DNA of 64,000 nucleotides from a virus (Duplodnaviria > Caudoviricetes), in the IMG/VR virus record IMGVR_UViG_3300024346_000004; one strand, given 5' to 3'. Each line of letters begins with the position of its first letter. Positions within the stretch are counted from its first letter, which is position 1. Of this stretch, positions 28,747 through 39,812 are shown piece by piece. A program made the position numbers and the translations under genes. The notes below the pieces were generated by a model. It was not told the DNA's origin. It saw only the letters and a program-made list of their open reading frames with translations, and ran no database searches.

Positions 28747-31700
28747 GTGGCCAATGACAAAGAATGGGTCGATTACAGCGATATCACTAATAAGTCTGAT
28801 TCGTTTATCGACCCTAAAAAATTAGATTCCAACCTTTCTGACTCTTTTGAAACATTATCAGGTATGACTAGTGTTCGAGGTAAGAGTTTGCCTTTAGAAA
28901 GATACACTGCTGGTGATACAAATAATCCAGATCAGCTTTCTTCTATTGATGAAACTTCTACTCTACCTAATTCAAGAATTTCCAGAAGATATTCCCCTGT
29001 CAAAACAGATGATTATAGTGGTAATAGACCTGGTGACCCTGTATTTGTAAACTTTGCTTCTTCTAGTAAGTCAAATGAACTGATATCTATACCTACATTT
29101 GAAAAACCAAAATCTTATGAAGAAATTGAACAAATTCAAAGCATAAAAGATAAAAATATTTTTGTAAGAACTAAAAATATTGTTACATCTACGCCTAAAG
29201 TATCTGTAGACCCAATGGCTGCTCGATTGGCTGCTTTTATGGGCAAATTAGAATCAGAATATATGCCACAAGATGATTCTGAAGATGATGTATTAGTAGA
29301 TCAAGATTATGACAGAATATTCGATAATGAAATATCTGTTCCAAAAGTATCTCAATCTAAATTAGTAACAGAGGCTAAAGATGTTAATGTTTCCTTAAAT
29401 GGTAACAGTATAAAATCAGAAGCACAAGAAATTGTTACCAAAACGAACTATTATCATTCTGTTAAAAAGAATTCACCAGAAATTAATATTGATTCATTTA
29501 TTCACGCCGATATTGATGGCATAAAAAAAAAGATAAATAATCCTGTATTTCAATCACAGAATCAACAAACAACTTTAGACATCGCTTTACAGACATTAAA
29601 AACTAACCCTCTAATCAAGCAATTTATTGATAACGGTGGATTAGATGTATTTTCTAATATTGACCCAAACGATATTAGCTCACTTAATAGATCTACAACA
29701 TTCAAAGCGGTTCAAAAGACTATTCTTGAGACATTAGAAAAAGAAAATCCCAAAATATCTTCAATTAAAAATGAAGACGGGAGTATGTCATATTCTCAAT
29801 TCTTATCTTACTATGCTATTTCACAAGCTATTTTAAATAAATTTTTAAACGAAAAAATCAAGAATAAAACTTTCTACGATTCATTTGATGATTTTGTAGA
29901 AGCAATCAAAGAGCATTTTGAAGATTATGAAGAACTAAATGAATTTGTAAAAAATGCTGACTTTACAGAATATATCACTAATAACTATGAACTTAATAAT
30001 AATTATCCTAGTTACAAATATGATTATGAAACAAATATAGAAAACAATACATTAATTAACTCATTAGTAATTGATAATAAATTTGATAAAAATATACTTA
30101 ACTTAAAAGAAATATCTGCTCCAGTAGTCAATGTTATAAACTCTTTGTCTGCTGGTCAAGAATCTAATATTTTCGAAACATTAATCACAAATACTGAAGC
30201 TAAACAATTTAAGAAAATAATTGAAAGCACATATGAAACTACTTTTGGTGAAACAAAACAATTTAATAAAACAGAAGTAGACTATATCAATAATCTTTTA
30301 AAATCAAGTAAAATAATTGAACAATACGGCATTGAAACATTTAAGACTATCAATAGAGAAGATCTTAATAAAATTCTCACATCGCAAATTGATATCAAAT
30401 CCACCGACTATAAAAAGATCACTAGTATCATCAATCAGTTAGTCAACAGTACAACATCTGAAAATATTATCAATAGTCTCTCAACATCAAAATTTGACCA
30501 TAAATATTTGAAATTTATAGAGCTAATGAGTAATACTTTATTTACTAATATAAATAAAGAAAGTATTGAATTCGTTAATAAGATTAGCAGTAAACAAATT
30601 CAAAATCTACAACAACTACAATTAGATGTCATAAATGAAAAACTAGAAAAATTTTCAAAAATCAGTAATACTATCAAAGACTTTTCTGACATTACATTAA
30701 TAAGTGAATCAATTCTTTCTAATGTTAATGTATTAGAAAAAGTAATCACTAATAAATCTATATTAGAAACATTAGTAACAGATCATTCTATTGAAAATAT
30801 TGTCAAAAGTAAATCATTCAGAGAAATAAGTGAAGTTATATCCAACACTACATTTGATAAATTAGATGTAAAGCAAATTGAATATATCAAGAATCTCGTA
30901 TTATCTATTTCTAGTCTAAATATTAATGAAGATACATTAGAAAAAATAAACCAAAAGATTAGTAAAACAAAACTTACTAGCGAAGAAATCAACTCTCTTT
31001 CAGAAGTGTTTTCCAACATAACAGTAGTAAAAGATTTGATTTCTTCTGTAAGTAATATCAAGTCCACTTCGCTGGAATCTATTGAAGAATATATCAAAAC
31101 TAACAATATTCTTAAAAATATTTCCACTGAAGACATTATTAATAAAGTTCGTGTGATTAACAATATGATGAATATTCAAAATTTAGATTATTCAACTATC
31201 GAAACTGTTACTACCGAATTTAATAAGATTACCAATATGTCTACTGTGGTCGATGTAGCTAAAACATATGAGAAGTTAAAAACATTAAATATCACATCAC
31301 AGGTTAGTTCTATTGAGAAGCTAGCGAATATATTAAAAGTATCAGAGATTGAAGATTACGAAAATATACTAAAGAATTTTGTTACTCATAAGGTTATCAC
31401 TGATTATAATACTCAGAAATTATATACGACTGAAAATACTGTCACTAAATTGCAAACTATAGAAAAGATTATGGATAAATATCAATCTACTTTTGTATCT
31501 AAAAGTGAAATAGTAGATCGTATTACTAAGAATTATAACTATGATATGGGTAAGAAAGAATATATTTATGTAGAATCTGATGAAGAAAATATAACATCTA
31601 AAAACTTCTTATCATTTTTACGTGAGCTTTCTTATACTAGCTTTGCGTTTAGGGATTTAATTACCAGTATTGTAACAGATAGTTCTAGTAAAGTAATCAC

Positions 31701-32238
31701 CGAAAAAATTAAAGATATAGCTCCAAGTGTTGTTGTCAATACTTTTTATAATGAGAATGTTCAAAATAAGATATCTAAAAGATCCTTGATACAAGATAAA
31801 TTATATACTCAAATCATCAAAGATTTAAATATTGTTAGAGAACAAAAAATAGTAGATAATATTATAGAAAATAACGATATCATTGAAAAATTTGTTGAGG
31901 ATAAGATTGAGCATACAATTGAAAGTAAATCAGTAGTAAACGAAAAAGATACTAACAATCATACTACTGAAGAAATATTTCATCATCAAGAATATGTAGT
32001 AGACGAGATGACATGGAATAAAATTTACCATATTGTTGATGAGAAGGTAAAAGAATCCTTAGTATCAGTGGAAAATAAAACAATTAACAATAATGTAGAA
32101 TTAACTGTAATCAAGCAGAATATTATCAATGAGATTGTAAGTCAGACAAATATGAGCATGAGTCAGGCTATAAAATCTCTTGAGTCTAAAATTACTACTC
32201 AAACAGAAGAAATGTTTAGAAAATTCCTGAGATCATAA
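28747..32238 (+). CDS. Long low-complexity helical protein, tape-measure candidate
   Basis: 1163 aa, I/N/K/S/E/T-rich, GTG start, directly upstream of tail-tip genes. Confidence 0.45.
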   Translation: MANDKEWVDYSDITNKSDSFIDPKKLDSNLSDSFETLSGMTSVRGKSLPLERYTAGDTNNPDQLSSIDETSTLPNSRISRRYSPVKTDDYSGNRPGDPVFVNFASSSKSNELISIPTFEKPKSYEEIEQIQSIKDKNIFVRTKNIVTSTPKVSVDPMAARLAAFMGKLESEYMPQDDSEDDVLVDQDYDRIFDNEISVPKVSQSKLVTEAKDVNVSLNGNSIKSEAQEIVTKTNYYHSVKKNSPEINIDSFIHADIDGIKKKINNPVFQSQNQQTTLDIALQTLKTNPLIKQFIDNGGLDVFSNIDPNDISSLNRSTTFKAVQKTILETLEKENPKISSIKNEDGSMSYSQFLSYYAISQAILNKFLNEKIKNKTFYDSFDDFVEAIKEHFEDYEELNEFVKNADFTEYITNNYELNNNYPSYKYDYETNIENNTLINSLVIDNKFDKNILNLKEISAPVVNVINSLSAGQESNIFETLITNTEAKQFKKIIESTYETTFGETKQFNKTEVDYINNLLKSSKIIEQYGIETFKTINREDLNKILTSQIDIKSTDYKKITSIINQLVNSTTSENIINSLSTSKFDHKYLKFIELMSNTLFTNINKESIEFVNKISSKQIQNLQQLQLDVINEKLEKFSKISNTIKDFSDITLISESILSNVNVLEKVITNKSILETLVTDHSIENIVKSKSFREISEVISNTTFDKLDVKQIEYIKNLVLSISSLNINEDTLEKINQKISKTKLTSEEINSLSEVFSNITVVKDLISSVSNIKSTSLESIEEYIKTNNILKNISTEDIINKVRVINNMMNIQNLDYSTIETVTTEFNKITNMSTVVDVAKTYEKLKTLNITSQVSSIEKLANILKVSEIEDYENILKNFVTHKVITDYNTQKLYTTENTVTKLQTIEKIMDKYQSTFVSKSEIVDRITKNYNYDMGKKEYIYVESDEENITSKNFLSFLRELSYTSFAFRDLITSIVTDSSSKVITEKIKDIAPSVVVNTFYNENVQNKISKRSLIQDKLYTQIIKDLNIVREQKIVDNIIENNDIIEKFVEDKIEHTIESKSVVNEKDTNNHTTEEIFHHQEYVVDEMTWNKIYHIVDEKVKESLVSVENKTINNNVELTVIKQNIINEIVSQTNMSMSQAIKSLESKITTQTEEMFRKFLRS

Positions 32239-32239
32239 G

Positions 32240-35200
32240 ATGCCATTTGATAATATTGATAAATTACCTCCAGTTGAACCGTATACCTGGGTCCCTAATA
32301 TCACCCCTACAGGTAATGGTTCTCCTTATGGATTTTACACAACAGAAATAGGTGCTGGTCAATTCAGAAATGATGTTTATGGCACTACTGTTTCTGCTAC
32401 ATACAAAGGGTTATTAAAATCTGCAGAAAATAGTATTGATTATCCTTTTGTTAATGCGTTTAGATTTTTAGCCAACCCAAGTTTATTTGCAAAGTATCCA
32501 ACAGATTTACCATTTGTAATTCAGGCTATTAGTGGGTACTTAGAATATTCGATTGACTTAAAAGTAACTCGAAGAATTTCAGCTATTAAGCTTGTATACT
32601 CTTTATCCATATCTTCAAATGATTCGTCTATCAATAATATTCCATTTACTAGAGAAGATTTAGAAGATATTCGTAAAAATGCTCTTGATCCTAATCATTC
32701 CATTTCAGTGGATATGAATAAATATAAAATAGGGCAGGTTTTACTAGATGGAGTTGAATATCCAAAATACACTAATGATGAGATTAAAGAATTAGGATGT
32801 ACTGGATTTTATAGTACTAATACTAATATTGGGGAAGCTACAAAAGAAGTTATTATTAGATTTGGTGATGGTAAAAATTCAGGTGATTTCCCTCTTTCTA
32901 CTAATATAAAAATCAGATCTAGATATAATGTATTCTCTATGAAATTATCATTACATAAAGTGATGATATATAATGCTGAAAGAGCAAATATAGTAGATGA
33001 ACAATTACCATGCGGGATACTGTCTTATGCATTCCCTGTTAGATTTAATTACAATCCAACTTTATTATCACCATTAATTGTCCCTACTGATACATTAAGA
33101 CCAAATGTACACATTAAAGTATTTAATCCTAATTATAGAACAAACAGTCCAGGCTTTTCTCACTCTATAAACCTAAGATTTTTAGTAATAAATTTTCCTA
33201 TTTTAGCACTTGATCCATTTCAGGTTCTTTCAGGTTTTTCTACAACTTCTATAAATCTTTATTGGGTTGATTTGCTTGGATTAATGCCAGGAAGAAAAAA
33301 TATCAGAGCTAATTTTTTGCCTACTTATTTTTATAATGATGCAAAAGGAGCTGTAATTAACTATTCTTCTTATAAGGCTATAAATAAAAATTCTATCTAT
33401 TTGCAATCACAAACTACTGGATTAGATGAAAATGTTATAGAAGCAAACTGGAGAACTATAGAAGGATCAGAAGTTAGGGTAACTAGATTTGATAAAACAG
33501 TCAGTAATGAAGGACCTTGGATTGATTCTTACACTTATTTAAATGTAAATGATCCGACATACGAGCAAAACACACAACAAATTACAAGATATAGATTTGT
33601 TGAATTAATTGAGACTGGTGGATTAAGCTATTCAGAAGCTTTTATTGGACAATTGTACTCAGAACAGCGTCCATTCAAAATGTCAGATGTAGAATCCTCA
33701 ATATCTGCAGCATCTGGTACAAAAAAAGTTAATAGAAGAGTATATGATTTTAATTCGCAAACTGATTTAGACTTGATAAATCCTTTAGCAGTATTTAGTG
33801 TTCCTTTTGAAGATGCAGTTACAAATCTGTATTCAGGGTTTCGTAATCTGTTTAAAATAGGCAAGGGCATTGTCAAAATAAAATTAAAATCAGCTGTTTA
33901 TGATAAAGCAGGTACACAGCAGTCTCATTTAATTGTAAGAATGTGGTGGGTTCCTAAAGATTTTATTCCTTCAGGAAATGACATACATTTATATAGAAAA
34001 AATAATGAAATTATCTTTACTACAGATGCTGATGGTAATACGTTTACAAGCATCGGAAATCCCAAAGATATTTCTGAACTGTTAGTTAGTTCTCCATTGC
34101 CAGTTGTTTCAAGTGTTAATGATACTTTATATGATATCGAAATACTAAGGTATGTAGAGCATTCAGGTGTTATGAGTACTTATGACAAGATAGCTGTCGG
34201 TATTTATGCTGTATCTAATCTTGATAATAATCTTAATTATGATAGAGAAAATAATTTCTTTACTCCTTCCGCTATCATAGATGTTGAATCTTCTGGATAT
34301 ATTGAAACTCCATATTTAGCTAGTAATTCTAAAAGCATAAATCCACAAAGATCAAGCGATTTTAATTCGGCTAAATATAAAGATTACATAGAACCCATTT
34401 CTATAGTAAATAGATATGTGACAGATATACAAATAAAGCCTGAAGATGAATATTTGAATTACAATAAAAATTTTCAAGTTAACCCTAGCACAGGAAATGC
34501 TTTTACTGGTTTAGTAGGTATGAAAAAGCTTGAAGAAGGCGATTCATTACTAAAGGTAACTATTCCTTATAACGGGATTCCTACCAAAAACGATGGTTCC
34601 AATTTTGTTGTTGCTGATTTTGCTACATTTGATACTCCTATTAATGGAGCTAGAATTAACCCAGGGGAATGGAAGATATATATAAATAAAAAAGATTTTC
34701 TTGAAGAATCTTTTAGTATTATTTACAGTTATGAAATATCTTTGCTTTTAGTCAATTCTTCTGGTGATAATGTGCAGAGAATTTTTAGAACAAAAGTACT
34801 TGAAGCAGAAGCCGCTAAAAGTGAGATAACTATAACAGAGTATATATCATTTCCATATTTAATATCTAATTTCGGATCTCAAATGGTTTTGAGAATATCT
34901 GTCTACCCTAGATCTAAAAATGGTAAAGTAATAAATGAAACACAAATTGCTAATAACCTAAAACCTATCAAGATGGGATTTCACATTAATGAAATTACTA
35001 TTCTTAAGCATACGATGGAAAAGCTTGTTATTGATGCTACTGATAGTTTGTTAGGTAGTCCAGCTTTTTATGAAGATTTAGATCTAGTACCAAATAAAAC
35101 ATTAGATGGTCAAGAATTTTGGTTTTCTTCTACACCTGATATGAGACAGACATTGATTGTTGAACCTGGCAGAGGTGTCGATATCACTGGGTGTTTATAT

Positions 35201-36601
35201 TCTCCATCCTGGTTTACAAATCTACCTAAAGAAATGGAAGTAAAGGCTGGAGCTTTAGGATTTTTAGATAAAAACTTTTATTTTAGAACAGTGAAAGGCA
35301 CAGTAGATCAAATTGAATCATCTATCAGTGTCGGCGAAGATATACAGACAAACAAATTACACATTGTTTATGATGAAGAGTCTAGTGATGCTACAAATGT
35401 TACAACTACTGGCAAGCGTATTAGATATTTACAAACAAGTTATCAAAACTTAAATATATTACGTAATTATCAAGCTTCCGGAGTCAATCTTACTTCCGAG
35501 AAATTTATTGAGGGAAGAAATCCATCTATATATCATCACAATACTGAAGGTCATAAAACTCACCATAATTCTATGTCAATGGTTGTTGAAACATTAGCTG
35601 ATGGTAAGAGCTACACAAATACCTTTTCTAATATGGATGGTGGTCATAAGTTTTCTTGGAATAGGCCTATAGTAGGATCTATAGATAGACAATTTGATAC
35701 TAATCCCAAGATTGCTCAATATATAAAATATCCAGTTGCATGTCAGAATATTAGATTAAATAGATTAGCAGTAGTAGGTTATTGCGAACCAGCAGAGACT
35801 TTAAATGGCGGAGCTTATGTATTAAAAGTAGCCAGCACATTAAATCAGACTAATCTAGGTCAAACATTTGGGGAATATTATTTCATTGATGGAAATAAAG
35901 AAATCCAAATACCTAATTTTCAACTCAAGGGGATGCCCGATAATATTGAACAAGAAATGGATATAGATGGTTTATTATTTACAAATGGAAAAGCTAAACT
36001 AAACTTTATTGGTGCTGCATATGATAATGCTGAAAGAATGTTAATAGGCTATCCGTTACAATCTAAACCAGGAATCATTTATGGTAGATATTTTGATGGT
36101 TCCGGTCTTTCTAAAACATTTAAGATATTAGATTTATCTTTGTCAGGTATAGTAGTGCCGACCGAAGCTGAAATATCTAATATTGCTATCGCCCATTACA
36201 ATAAAGGAAATAATTTCTGTGTTTCATTTATGCTGGGTGGAAGATTATTTATTACCGTTTTTAGTAATCAATTATATTCATCTTTATCATCAGCATCTAA
36301 TAAATCTTATTTGGGTTCTAGGATATATTTAGTGGCAGGTAGTAGAGAGTTCATTACTGAAAATACAAATATAGGGAAATTTCTAAGGCAATTAGAATTG
36401 GCTGGATTTTTAGTCAACAAACAACAAGGCAATTTAGAAGAGAATATTCCCAATCAAAAGCCTGGTTTATTAGTAAGTAATCATAAAAACCATTCTGGCA
36501 ATATTTTAGTATGGTATAGAGACTCTAAAAAAATACTTAAGTCCAGAGCAGTTGAATATGATGGATTTGTTTCTAATTTTTACGTATATAATATTACATA
36601 A
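32240..36601 (+). CDS. Large tail-tip/baseplate protein, C-terminal propeller-like region
   Basis: 1453 aa, beta-rich, translationally coupled in the operon. Confidence 0.55.
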   Translation: MPFDNIDKLPPVEPYTWVPNITPTGNGSPYGFYTTEIGAGQFRNDVYGTTVSATYKGLLKSAENSIDYPFVNAFRFLANPSLFAKYPTDLPFVIQAISGYLEYSIDLKVTRRISAIKLVYSLSISSNDSSINNIPFTREDLEDIRKNALDPNHSISVDMNKYKIGQVLLDGVEYPKYTNDEIKELGCTGFYSTNTNIGEATKEVIIRFGDGKNSGDFPLSTNIKIRSRYNVFSMKLSLHKVMIYNAERANIVDEQLPCGILSYAFPVRFNYNPTLLSPLIVPTDTLRPNVHIKVFNPNYRTNSPGFSHSINLRFLVINFPILALDPFQVLSGFSTTSINLYWVDLLGLMPGRKNIRANFLPTYFYNDAKGAVINYSSYKAINKNSIYLQSQTTGLDENVIEANWRTIEGSEVRVTRFDKTVSNEGPWIDSYTYLNVNDPTYEQNTQQITRYRFVELIETGGLSYSEAFIGQLYSEQRPFKMSDVESSISAASGTKKVNRRVYDFNSQTDLDLINPLAVFSVPFEDAVTNLYSGFRNLFKIGKGIVKIKLKSAVYDKAGTQQSHLIVRMWWVPKDFIPSGNDIHLYRKNNEIIFTTDADGNTFTSIGNPKDISELLVSSPLPVVSSVNDTLYDIEILRYVEHSGVMSTYDKIAVGIYAVSNLDNNLNYDRENNFFTPSAIIDVESSGYIETPYLASNSKSINPQRSSDFNSAKYKDYIEPISIVNRYVTDIQIKPEDEYLNYNKNFQVNPSTGNAFTGLVGMKKLEEGDSLLKVTIPYNGIPTKNDGSNFVVADFATFDTPINGARINPGEWKIYINKKDFLEESFSIIYSYEISLLLVNSSGDNVQRIFRTKVLEAEAAKSEITITEYISFPYLISNFGSQMVLRISVYPRSKNGKVINETQIANNLKPIKMGFHINEITILKHTMEKLVIDATDSLLGSPAFYEDLDLVPNKTLDGQEFWFSSTPDMRQTLIVEPGRGVDITGCLYSPSWFTNLPKEMEVKAGALGFLDKNFYFRTVKGTVDQIESSISVGEDIQTNKLHIVYDEESSDATNVTTTGKRIRYLQTSYQNLNILRNYQASGVNLTSEKFIEGRNPSIYHHNTEGHKTHHNSMSMVVETLADGKSYTNTFSNMDGGHKFSWNRPIVGSIDRQFDTNPKIAQYIKYPVACQNIRLNRLAVVGYCEPAETLNGGAYVLKVASTLNQTNLGQTFGEYYFIDGNKEIQIPNFQLKGMPDNIEQEMDIDGLLFTNGKAKLNFIGAAYDNAERMLIGYPLQSKPGIIYGRYFDGSGLSKTFKILDLSLSGIVVPTEAEISNIAIAHYNKGNNFCVSFMLGGRLFITVFSNQLYSSLSSASNKSYLGSRIYLVAGSREFITENTNIGKFLRQLELAGFLVNKQQGNLEENIPNQKPGLLVSNHKNHSGNILVWYRDSKKILKSRAVEYDGFVSNFYVYNIT

Positions 36602-39576
36602 TGTCATTTACTCCCGATAAAAGAGAACTTAAAGTCTCATGCACTGTTTCAGCACTATATTTACCCGATGATGGGTATTTAGGTGGAACTTTTGTATCGT
36701 CAGAATCTAAAACAAATAATGATAGACCTGGCAATTATTATAAGCAGCATGTTTATGGTGGTAAATCAATTACTTTAAAATCAAATACCACAAATTGTAA
36801 TGCTTATTTTTTACCATTAAATCCCAATATAGGAGCTCCACAACAAACATTCGTATATGGAGCTATCGTAAATGAAGCTCACCCTGTATTGAATCTCATT
36901 AAAGGTCCTCCTGAGATGGGAGGGATAAATTTTGCTAGTACAGTACCATTATTCAATCTAAATACTCCTATCTGGAATGTTCTTCAAGGTAGTTTTTCGT
37001 ATTACAAATCAGCTAATCCAAATATTTTATCTAATAAAAATGATTATTTCCCACAATTTGTAAATGCTAATACTACATATAATATTTGGGTATTGGATGT
37101 AACAGGTCAAGAATCAAAAATATCTTATATAAAATATCAAGGATATGATTTCGATAAAACATATACTGGTGCCAAGATTATTCAAGAATATGAGGATGAT
37201 AATACTGCTTCTATTACAGTTCATGCAAATAATCGAGTAGCTAGATTAACACGCTATTACCCTATCGGTCAAGATCTTATGTATGAAGGATGCAGCCTTG
37301 TTTATGATGGTTCTGCTACAAGAATCATAAATGGTGCTGAAGTACAAAATAATTATAGATATTCAGAATCTGTATCAGCTTCAGCAGGATCATATAATAA
37401 TGGATTCTCTTTAAGATTTAAAAACTCAACAGCAAGCGAAGCAACTAACCCAAATATTAAAGCTAATAGAAGTGGGATTATTATATATTTTGGATCTACT
37501 GCTACAGATTCAGTTGCTGGATACCAGATACATTTATATGAAGATACAAAATTTATAAAATATTATAATCCTAGATCTGGAAGTTATGATGAAATGCCTC
37601 TGGGTGATTCCGGCGCTTTATCATCAGGTAGTGTATCAACTGAAGTACATGTTCATTTTACAGGGCCCAATATGATGGTTGGATTCAGCAGTGATCCTTC
37701 AGAGTGGAAAACAATATTTCCAATAAGAAAAACAGAGGCTGGAGATTATTCTTCTTATTACGAACATAAACTATCTGCAAAAGCTAAAATCAGTATAGAA
37801 TTTGTAAATATAACCTCAACCTTCACATATGCACCAATAGCTTTTTTAAATTTTGATTCTTCTAAAATAAACGAACTTACTGATGCCGAATTTACAGCAA
37901 GTAATTTTTCCTATTATGTTGTAAATAATACAAAAGCAAGAGTAAATTTTTCATATAATGTTCCACTCGAAATTGGACAACAGATAAACATTGATGATAT
38001 AAATAGACGTTTTCAATCTAAATTTTATAGTTTTAATCAGTATTGGTCGGCCATAAATACTGCAACATGTTTGGTAGATCATAGAAACCAGAATGCATTG
38101 CAAGCTTATATACCATCAATTCCAGCTACAAGTTCAACTAATCCCAGATCTGTTGTAGTAGATGGTTATGTTCAATACAATACTACAGTGGAATGTCCAG
38201 GATTCTTAAAATTCCTGGATGATGCAAAAAATGTAACTAATTATGCATTACCAACTTATGACATTTTATATCCGATGCCTTGGGGTGATTTAAGTCCATA
38301 TTTATCAAGTGCAATCGTACAATACGATGCTGCCGGTAAGACATTTGGCTCTTTATCAAGTACAGCTACGATTGTATTAAAAAATATTGATTCTACAGAA
38401 CGTGGCACTAGAATATTAGAAGCTTTAGAAAATAACAAGTTAGTATTCACTATTTCTGCTGGATATGATAATTTGCACACTTATTTTCAAGGTGTAGCTT
38501 CTACTGTGAATACAGATAGAAGTCAATCAGGCACTAATGTAACTATTACACTAGTAGATGTTGGTAAAGAAGTCCTAAGTTCAACAAGATTTATCACTAC
38601 AGCAAGATTTGGCGGTATGAATTTTGATGATATTTTAGATTCTATGATGGCAATGTCAGGAGCACAACATAAATATATTGTTCAAAGATCTAGTACTGAT
38701 TCGGCATTCTCCAGTTATCTTGCAAATCTTAACACAAGAATAGGTTACAATGGCTTTGCTGCATTGCAACAACCATTCTTTGAAGTTAATGGTAGAGATA
38801 GAATTTGGGAAAAGATTAGTGAAATTTTAACTTATATGAATAACGCAAAAGGATTACCAGTATTTTTCTGGGATCCTGCTGATAGTGTTTTTAAGTTATC
38901 ATGGAGATATGAACCAGTTAGTTGCGATACTTTAAAATTTGCTGGTTTCAAAAATAGATTTGGTGTAACTGAATATCCTATGAATTTTGAATTCAACAAA
39001 GATTCACCTAATGCATTACACGGTCTTATTGTAGGTAATTACACCGTTACGACAGATTTAGGCAATTTGCATTCAGGAATAGTAATGACTAGCTTGGATC
39101 AGACAGCTACAACATTGTTACGTCAAGAATATTATAATGGGTCAGCTCCTAGAACATGGGAAAATACAGCTTTGACCCTTAGTACTATATCAGTATTACA
39201 AAGCAGTATTGATGGTGAAAATAAAAATGTTCCGCAAGAAAATATTGGGTATGTAGGATATAGGAAATTCTTTTATCATCCAGAATCAGGATTACCGCCA
39301 GATCCTCATATTGGAGACAAAAATTCTCTAAATAAATATTTCAACACCATAAAACCTTTAGTAAGAAAAACATACTCTACCTTGAAATTTAGTGTATATG
39401 TAACTGAACCATTGAGTATTAACGGTACATTTGTTATAAAGACATTTATTGGTGAAAGGGAACCTATTATCACTGATAAGTATATTTATAAGAGTTGCAA
39501 TTATACTATCGATAAAATTAATAACCTTATCACAGCTGAAATTGAAGGCGTGAAAAACGCTAACATATACAATTAG
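36601..39576 (+). CDS. Putative baseplate hub/Tal-like protein
   Basis: C-terminal half STATIVLKN...ISAGY...YFQG...VTITLVD...FFWDPADSVFKL follows a hub-protein pattern. Confidence 0.5.
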   Translation: MSFTPDKRELKVSCTVSALYLPDDGYLGGTFVSSESKTNNDRPGNYYKQHVYGGKSITLKSNTTNCNAYFLPLNPNIGAPQQTFVYGAIVNEAHPVLNLIKGPPEMGGINFASTVPLFNLNTPIWNVLQGSFSYYKSANPNILSNKNDYFPQFVNANTTYNIWVLDVTGQESKISYIKYQGYDFDKTYTGAKIIQEYEDDNTASITVHANNRVARLTRYYPIGQDLMYEGCSLVYDGSATRIINGAEVQNNYRYSESVSASAGSYNNGFSLRFKNSTASEATNPNIKANRSGIIIYFGSTATDSVAGYQIHLYEDTKFIKYYNPRSGSYDEMPLGDSGALSSGSVSTEVHVHFTGPNMMVGFSSDPSEWKTIFPIRKTEAGDYSSYYEHKLSAKAKISIEFVNITSTFTYAPIAFLNFDSSKINELTDAEFTASNFSYYVVNNTKARVNFSYNVPLEIGQQINIDDINRRFQSKFYSFNQYWSAINTATCLVDHRNQNALQAYIPSIPATSSTNPRSVVVDGYVQYNTTVECPGFLKFLDDAKNVTNYALPTYDILYPMPWGDLSPYLSSAIVQYDAAGKTFGSLSSTATIVLKNIDSTERGTRILEALENNKLVFTISAGYDNLHTYFQGVASTVNTDRSQSGTNVTITLVDVGKEVLSSTRFITTARFGGMNFDDILDSMMAMSGAQHKYIVQRSSTDSAFSSYLANLNTRIGYNGFAALQQPFFEVNGRDRIWEKISEILTYMNNAKGLPVFFWDPADSVFKLSWRYEPVSCDTLKFAGFKNRFGVTEYPMNFEFNKDSPNALHGLIVGNYTVTTDLGNLHSGIVMTSLDQTATTLLRQEYYNGSAPRTWENTALTLSTISVLQSSIDGENKNVPQENIGYVGYRKFFYHPESGLPPDPHIGDKNSLNKYFNTIKPLVRKTYSTLKFSVYVTEPLSINGTFVIKTFIGEREPIITDKYIYKSCNYTIDKINNLITAEIEGVKNANIYN

Positions 39577-39584
39577 GAATTTAT

Positions 39585-39812
39585 ATGCCAAATTTTTTAT
39601 CTCTTTCTGATGCTATTAAATATCAAATCGATAAACACGATAGTGATACAAAAATAAAAATACCGGCATACTATGACTCTTCAGGATTATTTGGAAAACA
39701 AAATATTCCTATGATGGATGGTGCGCCAGACGAAAATGTAATTAGGTGGGGATATTCAACATGGGGCGATGAAAAAGTCACATTAGAATATAAACCAGAA
39801 GATAAGAAATAA
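39585..39812 (+). CDS. Hypothetical small tail protein
   Basis: 75 aa, AGGA SD, RWGYSTWG motif, TAATG coupling. Confidence 0.7.
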   Translation: MPNFLSLSDAIKYQIDKHDSDTKIKIPAYYDSSGLFGKQNIPMMDGAPDENVIRWGYSTWGDEKVTLEYKPEDKK

